From positions 128,001 through 192,000 of the forward strand of contig CAVVLJ010000004.1 in assembly GCA_963749075.1 (NCBI GenBank): a DNA stretch of 64,000 nt, in the 5' to 3' direction. A program made the position numbers and the translations under genes. The stretch's first letter is position 1, and every line of letters begins with the position of its first letter. The notes beneath the pieces are model-generated. The model saw only the letters and a program-made list of their open reading frames with translations. It made no database searches and was not told where the DNA came from. The DNA is from an uncultured Pseudomonadota bacterium (GTDB lineage: Bacteria > Pseudomonadota > Alphaproteobacteria > JACZXZ01). Below are positions 10,955 through 21,357 of the stretch, one piece after another.

Positions 10955-12115
10955 ATGCCTATCTCACCAAGTTCTGATCCGGCGGCGACAGCGGACCTCT
11001 TCGATCCCGCGCATTACGCGAACGTGCGCCTGCCGGTCCTCGAAGCGGAGACGCTGCCCGCCTGGTGCTATACCTCGGATGCCTTCTACAAGCGCGAGGT
11101 CCAGCACATCTTCAAGCGGACGTGGAACTTCATCGCGCGCGAGGACGAGCTCAAGAACCCCGGCGACTATGCGACCTTCCGGCTCCTCGGCGAGCCGCTC
11201 CTCGTCGTGCGCGGGAGGGAGGGCCGGCTCCGCGCCTTCGCCAACATCTGCCGCCACCGCGGCACGCGCATGCTCGAGGAGAGCGGCAACTGCCGCGTCA
11301 TCACCTGCCCCTATCACGGCTGGGCCTATGCGCTCGATGGCGCCCTCATAGCGGCACCGGGCATGGACGAGACGCGCGCCTTCGACCGCGGGCGCTACGG
11401 CCTCCTCCCCATCCGTCTCGAGAGCTGGGAGGGCTTCCTCTTCGCCACCTTCGATTCCGCGGCCGAGCCGCTCGCGGCCTATCTGGGCGAGCTTCCCGAA
11501 CGGCTCGCCTCCTACAATTTCGCGGACATGGTCTGCGTGCGGCGGCGCTCTTACGTGCTCGCCTGCAACTGGAAGGTCTATCTCGAGAACGCGATGGAGG
11601 ACTACCACACGCCCATGGTGCACAAGACCTCGATCGGGAAGCAGCTTACGGTGCGCGTCCAAGGCCGCGGCGCCTGGGCCGGCACGCATCTCCCGGGCGA
11701 GCGGACCATCGCCCTCCTGCCCGAGGATGCCGAGAGCGCTCTGCCGCCCATCCCGAGCCTCGCAGGCCTCGCCGCGCACGGCAGCCATTTCCTCGCCCTC
11801 TATCCCGCGACCTTCTTTGCTGCCACCCAGGACTGCATGTGGTGGCTGCAGCAGTTCCCGCTCGGCCCCGAGCGCACCAAGGTGGTGCACGGCTGCTGCT
11901 TCCCGCGCGCGAGCGTCGAGCGCGCCGACTTCGCGGCGAAGGTCGAGAGCTACTACCGCCGCTGGGACGCCTCGCTCGCCGAGGACAACGCCATCTCCGA
12001 GCGCCAGCAGGCCGGCCTCGCCTCGTCGTTCAACCGCCCCGGCCGGCTCTCCTGCCGCGAGCCCCTGGTGCACGACATCGCCAACTGGGTGCTCGACCGC
12101 GTGCTGGATGAGTAA
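10955..12115 (+). CDS. Rieske non-heme iron oxygenase alpha subunit (choline monooxygenase/CntA-like)
   Basis: CRHRG..CPYHGW Rieske ligands; NWK..EN.MEDYH...VH..ED iron-site motif. Confidence 0.9.
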   Translation: MPISPSSDPAATADLFDPAHYANVRLPVLEAETLPAWCYTSDAFYKREVQHIFKRTWNFIAREDELKNPGDYATFRLLGEPLLVVRGREGRLRAFANICRHRGTRMLEESGNCRVITCPYHGWAYALDGALIAAPGMDETRAFDRGRYGLLPIRLESWEGFLFATFDSAAEPLAAYLGELPERLASYNFADMVCVRRRSYVLACNWKVYLENAMEDYHTPMVHKTSIGKQLTVRVQGRGAWAGTHLPGERTIALLPEDAESALPPIPSLAGLAAHGSHFLALYPATFFAATQDCMWWLQQFPLGPERTKVVHGCCFPRASVERADFAAKVESYYRRWDASLAEDNAISERQQAGLASSFNRPGRLSCREPLVHDIANWVLDRVLDE

Positions 12116-12117
12116 AT

Positions 12118-12141
12118 CCCTCTCCCGCAAGCGGGCGAGGG
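12118..12141. repeat. REP-like hairpin, possible terminator between convergent genes
   Basis: CCCTCTCCCGC-AA-GCGGGCGAGGG; same family as the hairpin at about 19800. Confidence 0.55.
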
Positions 12142-12197
12142 GTTTCTTGCCTTCTCCCGTCAGCGCGGGCGACTCACGGCGGTGAAGCGCGTGCCGT

Positions 12198-13325
12198 CTA
12201 CACCACGAGCGTGTCGCTGACCGACCAGGTGATGACGACCTCGGCACCGTAGGCCGGCGTGCCGATGCCGGCGCGGTGCTGCTGCTTCAAGGTGAGCGGG
12301 GCGCCGAAGGGGGTCTCGAGCACGTAGCGGTGCATCTCGCCGACGAACGTGACCTCGCGCACGATGGCCGGGACGGCGTTGATCCCGGGTGCGGCCGACG
12401 CGTGCCCCGCCTCGGCGAAGAGCAGCTTCTCGGGGCGCACCGCGAGCACGACTTGAGCCCCCACCTCGCGGGCGCCGGGCGAGAGCGCCCTCACCGTGGC
12501 ATTGCCGAGCCGCACCACGGCCGCGCCGCCTTCCATGCCGGCGAGCGTGCCTTCGAGGAAGTTGGATTCGCCGACGAAGGCGGCGACGAAGCGGTTGGCC
12601 GGGCGATCGTAAAGGTCGGCGGGAGTGCCGAGCTGCTCGATGCGGCCCTGGTTCATCACGGCGATGCGGTCCGACATGATGAGCGCCTCGCGCTGGTCGT
12701 GCGTCACGTAGATGAAGGTGATGCCGAGCTGCTGATGGAGGCGCTTGATCTCGAGCTGCAGGCCCTCGCGCAGCTGCTTGTCGAGCGCGCTCAAGGGCTC
12801 GTCCATGAGGAGGACGCGCGGGTTGAAGATGATGGCGCGCGCGAGCGCCACGCGCTGCTGCTGGCCGCCGGAGAGCTGGCGGGGATAGCGCGCCTCGTAG
12901 CCCGAGAGCTGCACGATCTCGAGCACCTCGCCGATGCGCCGTAGGATGGTCGCCTTGTCGACGCGGCGCTGCTTGAGCGCGAAGCCGACGTTCTCCGCCA
13001 CGGTCATGTGGGGAAAGAGCGCGTAGTTCTGGAACACCATGCCGATGTTGCGGCGATAGGGCGGGGTCTGCACGATCGGCTGGGAGTCGATGTAGATCTC
13101 GCCGCCCGTGGGGAACTCGAAGCCGGCGATCATCATGAGCGTGGTGGTCTTGCCCGAGCCGCTCGGCCCGAGCAGCGTGATGAATTCGCCCGGCTCCATG
13201 GCCAGGCTCAAGTCGTCGACCGCCACGACAGCACCAAAGCGCTTGTCGAGATGCTCGAGCACGACCGAGGCGCCGGTCCTGGTGGCGTGCGCCGCCTCGG
13301 CCGCGGCAGCCATTGTCGTCTCCAT
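12198..13325 (-). CDS. PotA-like ABC transporter ATP-binding protein
   Basis: [41 protein letters not shown]-like C-terminus. Confidence 0.93.
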   Translation of the reverse strand: METTMAAAAEAAHATRTGASVVLEHLDKRFGAVVAVDDLSLAMEPGEFITLLGPSGSGKTTTLMMIAGFEFPTGGEIYIDSQPIVQTPPYRRNIGMVFQNYALFPHMTVAENVGFALKQRRVDKATILRRIGEVLEIVQLSGYEARYPRQLSGGQQQRVALARAIIFNPRVLLMDEPLSALDKQLREGLQLEIKRLHQQLGITFIYVTHDQREALIMSDRIAVMNQGRIEQLGTPADLYDRPANRFVAAFVGESNFLEGTLAGMEGGAAVVRLGNATVRALSPGAREVGAQVVLAVRPEKLLFAEAGHASAAPGINAVPAIVREVTFVGEMHRYVLETPFGAPLTLKQQHRAGIGTPAYGAEVVITWSVSDTLVV

Positions 13326-13438
13326 CGGCTTCCCTGCCCGTTCCCGTTCGCTCGCGCGAACAATAGACGAAGTGCGCCGGCCGCGTCATCCGCAAATACG
13401 GCCGAGGTGCTGCGGATGGGGCGCCGGGGACGAGACAA

Positions 13439-13466
13439 TTGACGGGAAGAGGGTCTCGGCTATGCT
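13439..13466 (+). promoter_or_regulatory. Candidate sigma70 promoter for the permease operon
   Basis: TTGACG-N16-TATGCT, about 70 nt upstream of ATG 13538. Confidence 0.45.
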
Positions 13467-13537
13467 GGCTCTCCGAACCGGCGCCGCGGTTGCGGTCGAA
13501 AAGCCGGCCGAAGTGATAAGAAATTAGGCAGGGCTGG

Positions 13538-14416
13538 ATGGCTTCGGCGCTCGGGCGCTCCGCCAGGGAAGCGGCACATCTCAGGGGCCGGCAGCTCCGC
13601 CACGTGGCGCTCGTGCTGCCGCTGCTCGCCTATCTCTGCGTATTCTACGCCTATCCGGTCGCGGCCATGATGTTCCGCAGCATCCGCGAGCCGCACTGGG
13701 GCGTCGAGAACTTCGCCGCGATCTTCAAGACCGGCATCTATCTCGAGGTGCTCTGGCTCACGGTGCGCATCGGCCTCGTCGTGGCGATCGCCTCGCTGCT
13801 GCTCGGCTATCCGCTCGCCTACGTGCTGGCGCGCGTCGAGCGCTCCAAGTCGAACCTCATGATGATCCTCGTGCTCGTGCCCTTCTGGAGCAGCATCCTC
13901 GTGCGCACCTATGCCTGGATGGTGCTGCTCGGCCGCCAGGGCGTCGTCAACCAGCTCCTCCTCTGGCTCGGCGTCATCGACGAGCCGCTGAGACTCCTCA
14001 ACACCACGCTCGCGGTCTACATCGCCATGGTGCATGTGCTGCTGCCCTTCATGATCCTGCCGCTTTACGGCGTCATGCGCGGCATCGACGAGAGCCTGCT
14101 GCGCGCGGCGCAAGGCCTCGGCGCGCGGCCGAGCGGCGTCTTCCGCAAGATCGTGCTGCCGCTCTCGCTGCCGGGCATCTCGGCGGGCTGCCTCCTCGTC
14201 TTCATCCTCGCCCTCGGCTTCTTCATCACGCCCGCCCTCGTCGGCGGCCCGCGCGATCTCATGATCGCCGTGCTCATCCAGCAGCAGGTCGACCTCTTCA
14301 ACTGGCCCTTCGCCTCGGCGCTCGCCGTATTGCTGCTGGCGGCGGCACTCCTCATCTTCGCCGTCTTCGCGCGCACGCTCGGCGTCGAGGAGACCTTCGG
14401 CCGGGCGCGCACATGA
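13538..14416 (+). CDS. PotB-like ABC permease
   Basis: PFWSSILVRTYAW; EAA-like loop LLRAAQGLGA..F.KIVLPLSLPG. Confidence 0.92.
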   Translation: MASALGRSAREAAHLRGRQLRHVALVLPLLAYLCVFYAYPVAAMMFRSIREPHWGVENFAAIFKTGIYLEVLWLTVRIGLVVAIASLLLGYPLAYVLARVERSKSNLMMILVLVPFWSSILVRTYAWMVLLGRQGVVNQLLLWLGVIDEPLRLLNTTLAVYIAMVHVLLPFMILPLYGVMRGIDESLLRAAQGLGARPSGVFRKIVLPLSLPGISAGCLLVFILALGFFITPALVGGPRDLMIAVLIQQQVDLFNWPFASALAVLLLAAALLIFAVFARTLGVEETFGRART

Positions 14417-15252
14417 GACGGGACCCGCGCGCCCGGCGCGCCGCCCGGCGCCCGCATCGGGTGCCGCTCTGGTGCGCTGCCCTCGCGGCCGTCGTGCTCT
14501 TCTACCTCGTAACACCCATCCTCGTGATCGTTCCGCTCTCCTTCTCCTCGGCGCTCTATCTCAGCTTTCCGCCGCCCGGGTTCAGCCTGCAGTGGTATCG
14601 CAACTTCTTCGCGCGTCCCGATTGGCTCGCCGCGGCCTGGCTCAGCATCTGGGTCGGTGCGACTGTCATGGTGCTGGCGACCGGGCTCGGCACGCCGGCG
14701 GCGATGGGGCTGGTGCGCGGCCGCTTCCGGGGGCGGAAGGCGATCAACGCCTTCATCCTCTCGCCGCTCATCGCACCCGTCATCATCGTGGCGATCGGCG
14801 TCTATTTCTTCTATGCCGAGCTCGGGCTCGTCGGCAGCGCCTATGCCCTCGTCTTGGCGCACACGGCGCTCGCGGTGCCCTTCGTGGTCATCAACGTCTC
14901 GGCCACGCTCTACGCCTTCGACGAGCGGCTCGAGCATGCCGCACTCAGCCTGGGTGCCACGCCCTGGCGGACCTTCTGGCAGGTGACGCTGCCGCTCATC
15001 CGGCCCGGCGTGCTGGCGGGCGCCGTCTTCGCCTTCATCTCCTCCTTCGACGAGCTCATCGTGGCGCTCTTCGTCTCCGGCACCACGGCGGTGACGCTGC
15101 CGCGCAAGATGTGGCAGAGCATCCGCTTCGAGATCGACCCCACCATCGCGGCGGTCTCGACGCTGCTCATCGCCATTACCGCGACGCTTTTCCTCACGGC
15201 GGAAATGCTGCGCCGGCGCTCCGAGCGACTGCGCACGGCGCCGCAGGCGTGA
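14413..15252 (+). CDS. PotC-like ABC permease
   Basis: FPPPGFSLQWY, LEHAALSLGA, AFISSFDE; ATGA overlap with the upstream permease. Confidence 0.92.
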   Translation: MRRDPRARRAARRPHRVPLWCAALAAVVLFYLVTPILVIVPLSFSSALYLSFPPPGFSLQWYRNFFARPDWLAAAWLSIWVGATVMVLATGLGTPAAMGLVRGRFRGRKAINAFILSPLIAPVIIVAIGVYFFYAELGLVGSAYALVLAHTALAVPFVVINVSATLYAFDERLEHAALSLGATPWRTFWQVTLPLIRPGVLAGAVFAFISSFDELIVALFVSGTTAVTLPRKMWQSIRFEIDPTIAAVSTLLIAITATLFLTAEMLRRRSERLRTAPQA

Positions 15253-15434
15253 GCGCGGCGGCGGCGGCCCCGGTGGAGTCCTGATTTGAGCACGACCGGG
15301 AATCCGGTTGACTCCCCTTTCTCGGCGGCAGCAGGATACGCGCAAGGCGCGCGAGGCAGAGAAGAGGTTCCGCGAAGACGCGCGAAGCGACGCGGAACGG
15401 CTCGCCGCGCAGCTCACGAACAGGGAGAGAAGCC

Positions 15435-16628
15435 ATGCGCGAAGATCGGGATATCGCGGAATATTTTCTGTCGCTGGCGCATAAGTCGCCCCATGCGGCG
15501 GCGATGGGCCGCCGCCAGCTCATGCGCTCGGCGGGCCGCTTGGCTCTCGGCGCCGGCGCCATTGCCGCGCTCGGCAAGATGCTTGCAGGCGGCGAACTCC
15601 TTGCTGCCGACGCGCCGGCATTGCCCGAGATCACCTCGATCCCCGCAAAGCTCAAGGGCACGGGCAGCGTGCGCGTCTGCTCCTACGGCGGCGCCTTCCA
15701 GGAGGCGCAGCGCAAGGCCTATTTCGAGCCCTTCGAGCGCCTCTCGGGCATCAAGGTGATCGAGGCCGAGGGGCCCGACGTGGTCAAGGTCAAGGCCATG
15801 GTCGATACCAAGAACGTCGAATGGGACGTGGCCGAGTTCGACATGGCGGACATCATCAACCTCGAGCGCAAGGGCGACTATTGGGAGCCCATCGACTACA
15901 GCCTCGTCGATACCGCCGACATCGACGCCTCGTTCCGCGCCAAGAACGCGCTCGCCATGCTGCCCTACGGGCAGGTCATGGCCTACCGTACCGACGTCTT
16001 CAAGGGTGCCGTGCCCGACGGCTGGGCCGACTTCTGGGACACCAAGAAGTTCCCCGGCGGCCGCACCATGCCGGCGGGAACGGGCGGGCTCGTGCCCGAT
16101 CTCGAATCCGCGACCATGGCGGCGGGCGTGCCCATGGACAAGATCTATCCGATCGACGTCGACAAGGCCTACGCGAGCCTCGCCAAGATCAAGTCCGCCG
16201 TGGTCAAGTGGTGGGAGGCGGGCGCCATCCCAGCACAGCTCCTCAACGACAAGGAAGTCACCATGGGCATCGCCTGGAACGGCCGCATCGCCGCCATCCA
16301 GGCCAAGGGCGCTCCCGTCGACATCTCCTGGCGCCAGGGTGCTCTGCGCACCGACGTGTGGGCCGTGCCCAAGGGCGCTCCCAACCGCGAGAACGCCATG
16401 AAGTTCACCGCCTTCATCACGGAGCCCATCGCGCAGGCGCGCCTCTCCATGCTGATCCCCTACGGCTTCGTCAACAACAAGGCCGTGAACTACCTGCCGG
16501 CGGCGCGCCTCAAGGTGCTGCCGACCTCGCCCGAGATCAAGAAGCAGCTCTACATCTACAATTCCCTATGGTGGGCGGACAACCGCGACAAGGTCATCTC
16601 GCGCTGGGCGAGCTTCGTCTTGAAATAG
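15435..16628 (+). CDS. PotD/PotF-like substrate-binding protein with a Tat-type signal
   Basis: GRRQLM twin-arginine motif; SYGGAFQEAQRKAYFEPF, GWADFWD..KFPG.R, AWNGR. Confidence 0.88.
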   Translation: MREDRDIAEYFLSLAHKSPHAAAMGRRQLMRSAGRLALGAGAIAALGKMLAGGELLAADAPALPEITSIPAKLKGTGSVRVCSYGGAFQEAQRKAYFEPFERLSGIKVIEAEGPDVVKVKAMVDTKNVEWDVAEFDMADIINLERKGDYWEPIDYSLVDTADIDASFRAKNALAMLPYGQVMAYRTDVFKGAVPDGWADFWDTKKFPGGRTMPAGTGGLVPDLESATMAAGVPMDKIYPIDVDKAYASLAKIKSAVVKWWEAGAIPAQLLNDKEVTMGIAWNGRIAAIQAKGAPVDISWRQGALRTDVWAVPKGAPNRENAMKFTAFITEPIAQARLSMLIPYGFVNNKAVNYLPAARLKVLPTSPEIKKQLYIYNSLWWADNRDKVISRWASFVLK

Positions 16629-16677
16629 GCGGGAAGTTCCGGTGCTCAGACGTCTCGAGGACGCTTGCAGCGCCATC

Positions 16678-16797
16678 GTGGGTCCTTCGAGACGCGCCCC
16701 TTCGGGGCGCTCCTCAGGATGAGGTCGATTTGTGTGTGGCAGAAAGACTTGACCTCATCCTGAGGAGCGAGCGCAGCGAGCGTCTCGAAGGACCCAC
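16678..16797. repeat. REP/MITE-like inverted doublet
   Basis: GTGGGTCCTTCGAGACGC..CGCTCCTCAGGATGAGGTC and its inverted copy GACCTCATCCTGAGGAGCG..GCGTCTCGAAGGACCCAC. Confidence 0.8.
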
Positions 16798-16926
16798 CGC
16801 GGCCAGTCCGAGACGCCTTTTCGCGGAGCAACGCCACGATTTGTCGGCGATCTTCGCGTTTGCGTGGATCCCGTAACTGAGCGGGAGAGGGCAGAGCGAG
16901 GCGGGGCGCCCGCGGGAAGCATCCGG

Positions 16927-18087
16927 ATGGCACTCCATTTCGAGCGGAGCGAGATCAGGGCGCGCATCGCGCGCGCGCGGGCGGCGTTGCGCGAGGCCGA
17001 TCTCGCGGCCCTCCTGATCTTCGCGCAGGAGAGCCACTATTACCTGACCGGCTTCGATACCGGCGGCTTCGTCTTCTTCCAATGCGCCGTGCTCGCGGCC
17101 GACGAGCAGCCGATCACGCTCCTCACGCGCAAGCCGGACCTCGAGCAGGCGCGGCGCACCTCGGTCATCGAGGACGTGCGCATCTGGTACGACGAGGAAG
17201 GTGCCGATCCCACGCGCGAGCTCAAGGCGATCCTCGCCGAGAAGGGGCTCGGAGGCCACCGCCTCGGCATCGAGCTTGATACCTTCGGCCTCACCGGCTT
17301 CAACCACGAGCGCGTGCGCCGCCGTTTGGACGGCTGGTGCACGCTGGTCGACGCCTCGAATGTCGTGCGCGCGCTGCGCGTCGCCAAATCGCCGGCCGAG
17401 CTCGCCTATGTGCGGAAGGCGGCCGGCCTCGCCGACGACGCCCTCCTCGCCATGCTCGCCGCCACGCGCCCCGGCGCCTTCGAGGGCGCCATCGCGGCGG
17501 CGGGCGCTTCGGCCATCCTCGCGGGCGGCGGCGACCCGCCGCCCTCGGGTCCCGTGCTCGGCTCGGGCGAGAGGGCGCTTCTCGTGCGGAGCGCCACCGG
17601 CTACCGCACCCTCGACCCCAAGGACCAGCTCACCCTCGAGTTCGCCGGCAGCTACCGCTACTACTGCGCCTGCCTCATGCGCACCGTCGCCGTTGGCCAG
17701 GGCAACGCGCGCCAGCGCGCCATGTACGAGGCGACGCGCGATGCGCTCGCCGCCATGGACGAGGCGGTGCGGCCCGGCCGGCCGCTCGGCGAGATCGACG
17801 ACGCCCACCGCCGGGTCTTCGATGCGGCCGGCTTTGGCGGCGCGCGCCTGGCCGCCTGCGGCTACTCGCTCGGCGCCACCTTCAAGCCCTCCTGGATGGA
17901 CGTGCCGCCGATGATCTACTCGGGCAACCCGGTGCCGGCGCTCTCCGGCATGGTGCTCTTCCTCCATGCCATCCTCATCGATGCCGACCATGATCTCGCC
18001 ATGTCGCTCGGCCACACGGTCGTCGTCGGCGAGCACGGCGCCGAGGTCCTGAGCAGGCTCGCGCCCGAATACCGCGTCTGCGTCTGA
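16927..18087 (+). CDS. M24/creatinase-fold hydrolase (Xaa-Pro peptidase family, DoeA/EutD-like)
   Basis: Creatinase N-domain (YYLTGFD), LRVAKSPAELAYVRKA; ACGYSLG in place of GHGIG. Confidence 0.8.
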   Translation: MALHFERSEIRARIARARAALREADLAALLIFAQESHYYLTGFDTGGFVFFQCAVLAADEQPITLLTRKPDLEQARRTSVIEDVRIWYDEEGADPTRELKAILAEKGLGGHRLGIELDTFGLTGFNHERVRRRLDGWCTLVDASNVVRALRVAKSPAELAYVRKAAGLADDALLAMLAATRPGAFEGAIAAAGASAILAGGGDPPPSGPVLGSGERALLVRSATGYRTLDPKDQLTLEFAGSYRYYCACLMRTVAVGQGNARQRAMYEATRDALAAMDEAVRPGRPLGEIDDAHRRVFDAAGFGGARLAACGYSLGATFKPSWMDVPPMIYSGNPVPALSGMVLFLHAILIDADHDLAMSLGHTVVVGEHGAEVLSRLAPEYRVCV

Positions 18088-18091
18088 CTTT

Positions 18092-18139
18092 CGCTTGCCG
18101 TTCTAGGCGCTTGCCGTTCTAGGCGCTTGCCGCTCCAGG
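18092..18139 (+). repeat. 16-bp tandem repeat, three copies
   Basis: CGCTTGCCGTTCTAGG twice, then CGCTTGCCGCTCCAGG, ending at the RBS of the next gene. Confidence 0.85.
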
Positions 18140-18152
18140 GAGGTCTTCCGCG

Positions 18153-19754
18153 ATGGCCGAGCTCTACGAGGCGAAGAAATACGCGATCGATTGGCTCGCG
18201 GAGAACGCCAAGCGCTTCTCCGACTGGCACATGCGCATCTGGCATTACGCCGAGCCGGCGTGGCGCGAGTACAAGTCCGCCAAGGCCTATTGCGATCTTC
18301 TGCGCGCCGAGGGCTTCGCGGTCGAGGAGGGCTCGGGCGAGATGCCGACCGCCTTTGCCGCGAGCTGGGGGAAGGGCGGCCCGGTCGTCGGCACCTACGC
18401 CGAGTACGATGCGGTGCCGGGCAACTCGCAGCAGCCGGTGCCGCGCCAGGCGCCGCGCGCGGGCCTGCATCCCTGGTGTGCCGGCCACACGGATCCCCAT
18501 TCGGCACTCGGCACCACGGCACTCGCGGGCGTGCTCGCCGCCAAGGCGGCCATGGAGAAGTTCGGCATCAAAGGCACGGTCCGGATGTTCGGCGAGCCCG
18601 CGGAGAAGGTGTGCGGCTCCAAGCCCGTGCACGCGGCCAAGGGCTATTTCGACGGCAGCGACGCCTTCATCTCCTACCATCCGCACTTCGGCAACACGGC
18701 GATCTGGGACACCCATTGCGGCTCCTACTGGAGCATCGTCGTCAGCTTCGAGACGCTTCGGCCCGAGACCTGGATCGACAAGAGCCTGGTGCCCTGGTCG
18801 CACACCTCCCACGCGGCCGCGCGCTGCCCGGGCGCCATCGACGCGCTCTGCCTCATGTACACCATGACGAAATACACCAAGGAGGCGATGTTCCCCCACA
18901 GCGGCACCTGGACGCTCAACGAGTTCGTGCTGGTGGGGGGCGACGCCACCTCGGACAACCTGCCGCCGCGGCTCAGCCAGATCCAATATGCCTGGCGCTC
19001 GCCCGACCTCGGCATCCAGCAGCAGATCTACAAGGTGCTCGAGCAGAACGCGCGCCATGCCGCGGGTGCTGCCGGCTGCCAGGCCTCGGTGCGCTGGGTG
19101 ACAAAGACGCGCGTGGGCCTCGCCAACCACGCCATGGCGGATCTCACCTTCGGCAACATGGAGCTCGTCGGGCCGCCCAAGTTCGGCGAGGAGGCGCGCG
19201 CCTTCGCGCGGCAGATCCAGGAGAACCTCGGTTTGCAGCCGATGGAGAACCCCTTCCTCGCCGATGCCGAGCGGCTCATGCCGCCCCAGGAGTACGAGAC
19301 GCGGCTGCGCCGCGCGCTGCCCGAGTGGCAGAAGTGCTTCACCTCCGACGATTACGTCGATTACACCTGGCACGCGCCGACCGTGCGCCTCTTCACCATG
19401 CGGCCGCGCCTCAGGCCCCCAAACGAGGGCTACGAGTATCCCGCCTGGGTGGCGAACGCCTTGGGCGGCTTGCCGGCCGCGATCGATCCCGGCATTCTCC
19501 TCGGCGCCAAGACCATCGCCGCCACCTTCCTCGATCTTTATACGAAGCCGGAGGCGCTGAAGCGCGCAAAGGACGAGTTCGGGGAGCGCACCGGCGGCGG
19601 CGTCGGCGGCTCCAAGTGGGTGGCGCCCTTGCTGCCCAAGGACTTCAAGCCGCCCGTCGACCTGCGCTGGCCCGAGTACATCAAGACCGTGCGCGGCGAG
19701 GAATGGTGGATCCCGACGCCCGCCTCCGGCTCGGGCGCCGGCGAGCGGTTATAA
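18153..19754 (+). CDS. M20 amidohydrolase, AbgB-like
   Basis: EPAWREYKS, MPTAF.A.WG.G.P, EYDAVPG, GEPAEK, SYHP, W..PT motifs. Confidence 0.82.
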   Translation: MAELYEAKKYAIDWLAENAKRFSDWHMRIWHYAEPAWREYKSAKAYCDLLRAEGFAVEEGSGEMPTAFAASWGKGGPVVGTYAEYDAVPGNSQQPVPRQAPRAGLHPWCAGHTDPHSALGTTALAGVLAAKAAMEKFGIKGTVRMFGEPAEKVCGSKPVHAAKGYFDGSDAFISYHPHFGNTAIWDTHCGSYWSIVVSFETLRPETWIDKSLVPWSHTSHAAARCPGAIDALCLMYTMTKYTKEAMFPHSGTWTLNEFVLVGGDATSDNLPPRLSQIQYAWRSPDLGIQQQIYKVLEQNARHAAGAAGCQASVRWVTKTRVGLANHAMADLTFGNMELVGPPKFGEEARAFARQIQENLGLQPMENPFLADAERLMPPQEYETRLRRALPEWQKCFTSDDYVDYTWHAPTVRLFTMRPRLRPPNEGYEYPAWVANALGGLPAAIDPGILLGAKTIAATFLDLYTKPEALKRAKDEFGERTGGGVGGSKWVAPLLPKDFKPPVDLRWPEYIKTVRGEEWWIPTPASGSGAGERL

Positions 19755-19768
19755 CGATGCAGCGCGGC

Positions 19769-19863
19769 GCTGTCCCTCACCCGGCCGCTTCGCGGCCACC
19801 CTCTCCCGCATGCGGGAGAGGGAAGGGGCCCGTTGCGAAGCAACGGGAAGGGTGAGGGACAGC
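19769..19863. repeat. REP-like composite palindrome
   Basis: GCTGTCCCTCACCC...GGGTGAGGGACAGC arms with internal hairpin CCCTCTCCCGC-AT-GCGGGAGAGGG. Confidence 0.8.
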
Positions 19864-19895
19864 ACGGCGCACCGGCGTTGGAAGGACGTTGAATC

Positions 19896-21332
19896 ATGAC
19901 GACGACGCTCATCAGGAATGCCGCCTGGGTGGTGGCGTGGAATGCCGCGCGGGGGCGGCACGAATATCTCTGCGACGCGGACGTGGCCTTTGCGGACGAC
20001 CGCATCGTCCACGTCGGGCCGCGTTACGCAGGCACGGCCGAGCGCGAGATCGATGGCCGGGCGCGCATGGTGCTGCCGGGCTTCGTCAATATCCACGCCC
20101 ATCCGGCGTCCGAGCCCTTCAACAAGGGGCTCATGGAGGAGCGCGGCTCGACCAGGCTCGGCATGAGCTCGCTCTACGAGTTCATGCTTCTGATGCGGCC
20201 CGATGCGGAGGCGGCGCGCGCCGCGGCGCTCTTCGCCGTGGCCGAGCTCTTGAAGAGCGGCGTCACCACCTTCACCGACTATTCAGCACCCCGACCCGGC
20301 TGGCTCGAGGACATCGCATCGACCGGTATCCGCGGCTGCATCGCACCGAGCTACCGCTCGGGCCGCTGGTTCACGCCAAACGGCAGCCGCGTCGAATACG
20401 CCTGGGACGAGGGTGCGGGACGCGAGGCCATGGCGCGGGCGATCGAGATCGTCGACCAGGCGAATAGCCACAACAGCGGGCGGCTCTTCGGCATGGTGGC
20501 GCCGGCCCAGGTCGACACCGTGAGCGCCGAGCTCATCGAGGCGAGCGTCATCGCCGCCAAGGCGCGCAACGCGCCCATCCAGATCCACGCGGCCCAGAGC
20601 GTCGTCGAGTTCCGCGAGATGACGGCGCGCCACGGCAAGACGCCGCTCGAATGGCTCGACGGGCTCGGCTTCCTCTACGAAGGCGCCATCATCGGCCACT
20701 GCATCTTCATCGACGAGCACAGCGCCATCCGCTGGCCGCACGAGGGCGACCTCGAGCGCGTGGCGCGGGCCGGCGCCTCGGTCGCCCACTGCCCCAACAT
20801 CTTCGCGCGCCGCGGCATCGTGCTGCAGCATTTCGGCAAATACCGCAACCGCGGCATCAACATCGGGCTCGGCACCGATACCTTCCCGCACAACTTCATC
20901 GACGAGATGCGCTGGGCCGCGGTGATGTGCAAGGTGAGCTCGGGCAACGTCGAGGGCACCAGCCTGGCCGAAGTGCTCCACGCCGCGACCGTGGGCGGGG
21001 CCAAAGCGCTGAAACGCGACGACATCGGGCGCCTCGAGCCCGGCTGCAAGGCCGACCTCTCCCTCGTCGATCTCGCTCACCCGGCCATGCAGCCCTTGCG
21101 CGATCCGCTCAAGAGCCTCGTCTTCTCGGCGCTCGAACGGCCGATCACCGACGTCTTCGTGGACGGCCGGCAAGTGGTCGCCAGTGGCAAGGTGCTCACC
21201 ATCGACCTCGACGCCGCCGTCGCCGCCGTCAATCGCGGCCAGCGCGAGGCCCTCGCGAAGGCGCCCGAGAACGATTACGCCAGGCGCACCGTCGAGGAGA
21301 TCTTCCCCATGACCCTCGAGATGGGGGGCTAA
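19896..21332 (+). CDS. Metal-dependent amidohydrolase (MtaD/AtzA/deaminase-like)
   Basis: PGFVNIHAH, QIHAAQ, GHC, AHCP, LGTD, G.LEPG.KAD. Confidence 0.88.
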   Translation: MTTTLIRNAAWVVAWNAARGRHEYLCDADVAFADDRIVHVGPRYAGTAEREIDGRARMVLPGFVNIHAHPASEPFNKGLMEERGSTRLGMSSLYEFMLLMRPDAEAARAAALFAVAELLKSGVTTFTDYSAPRPGWLEDIASTGIRGCIAPSYRSGRWFTPNGSRVEYAWDEGAGREAMARAIEIVDQANSHNSGRLFGMVAPAQVDTVSAELIEASVIAAKARNAPIQIHAAQSVVEFREMTARHGKTPLEWLDGLGFLYEGAIIGHCIFIDEHSAIRWPHEGDLERVARAGASVAHCPNIFARRGIVLQHFGKYRNRGINIGLGTDTFPHNFIDEMRWAAVMCKVSSGNVEGTSLAEVLHAATVGGAKALKRDDIGRLEPGCKADLSLVDLAHPAMQPLRDPLKSLVFSALERPITDVFVDGRQVVASGKVLTIDLDAAVAAVNRGQREALAKAPENDYARRTVEEIFPMTLEMGG

Positions 21333-21357
21333 GACGGCGACGCTTGGTGCGCGGTGC

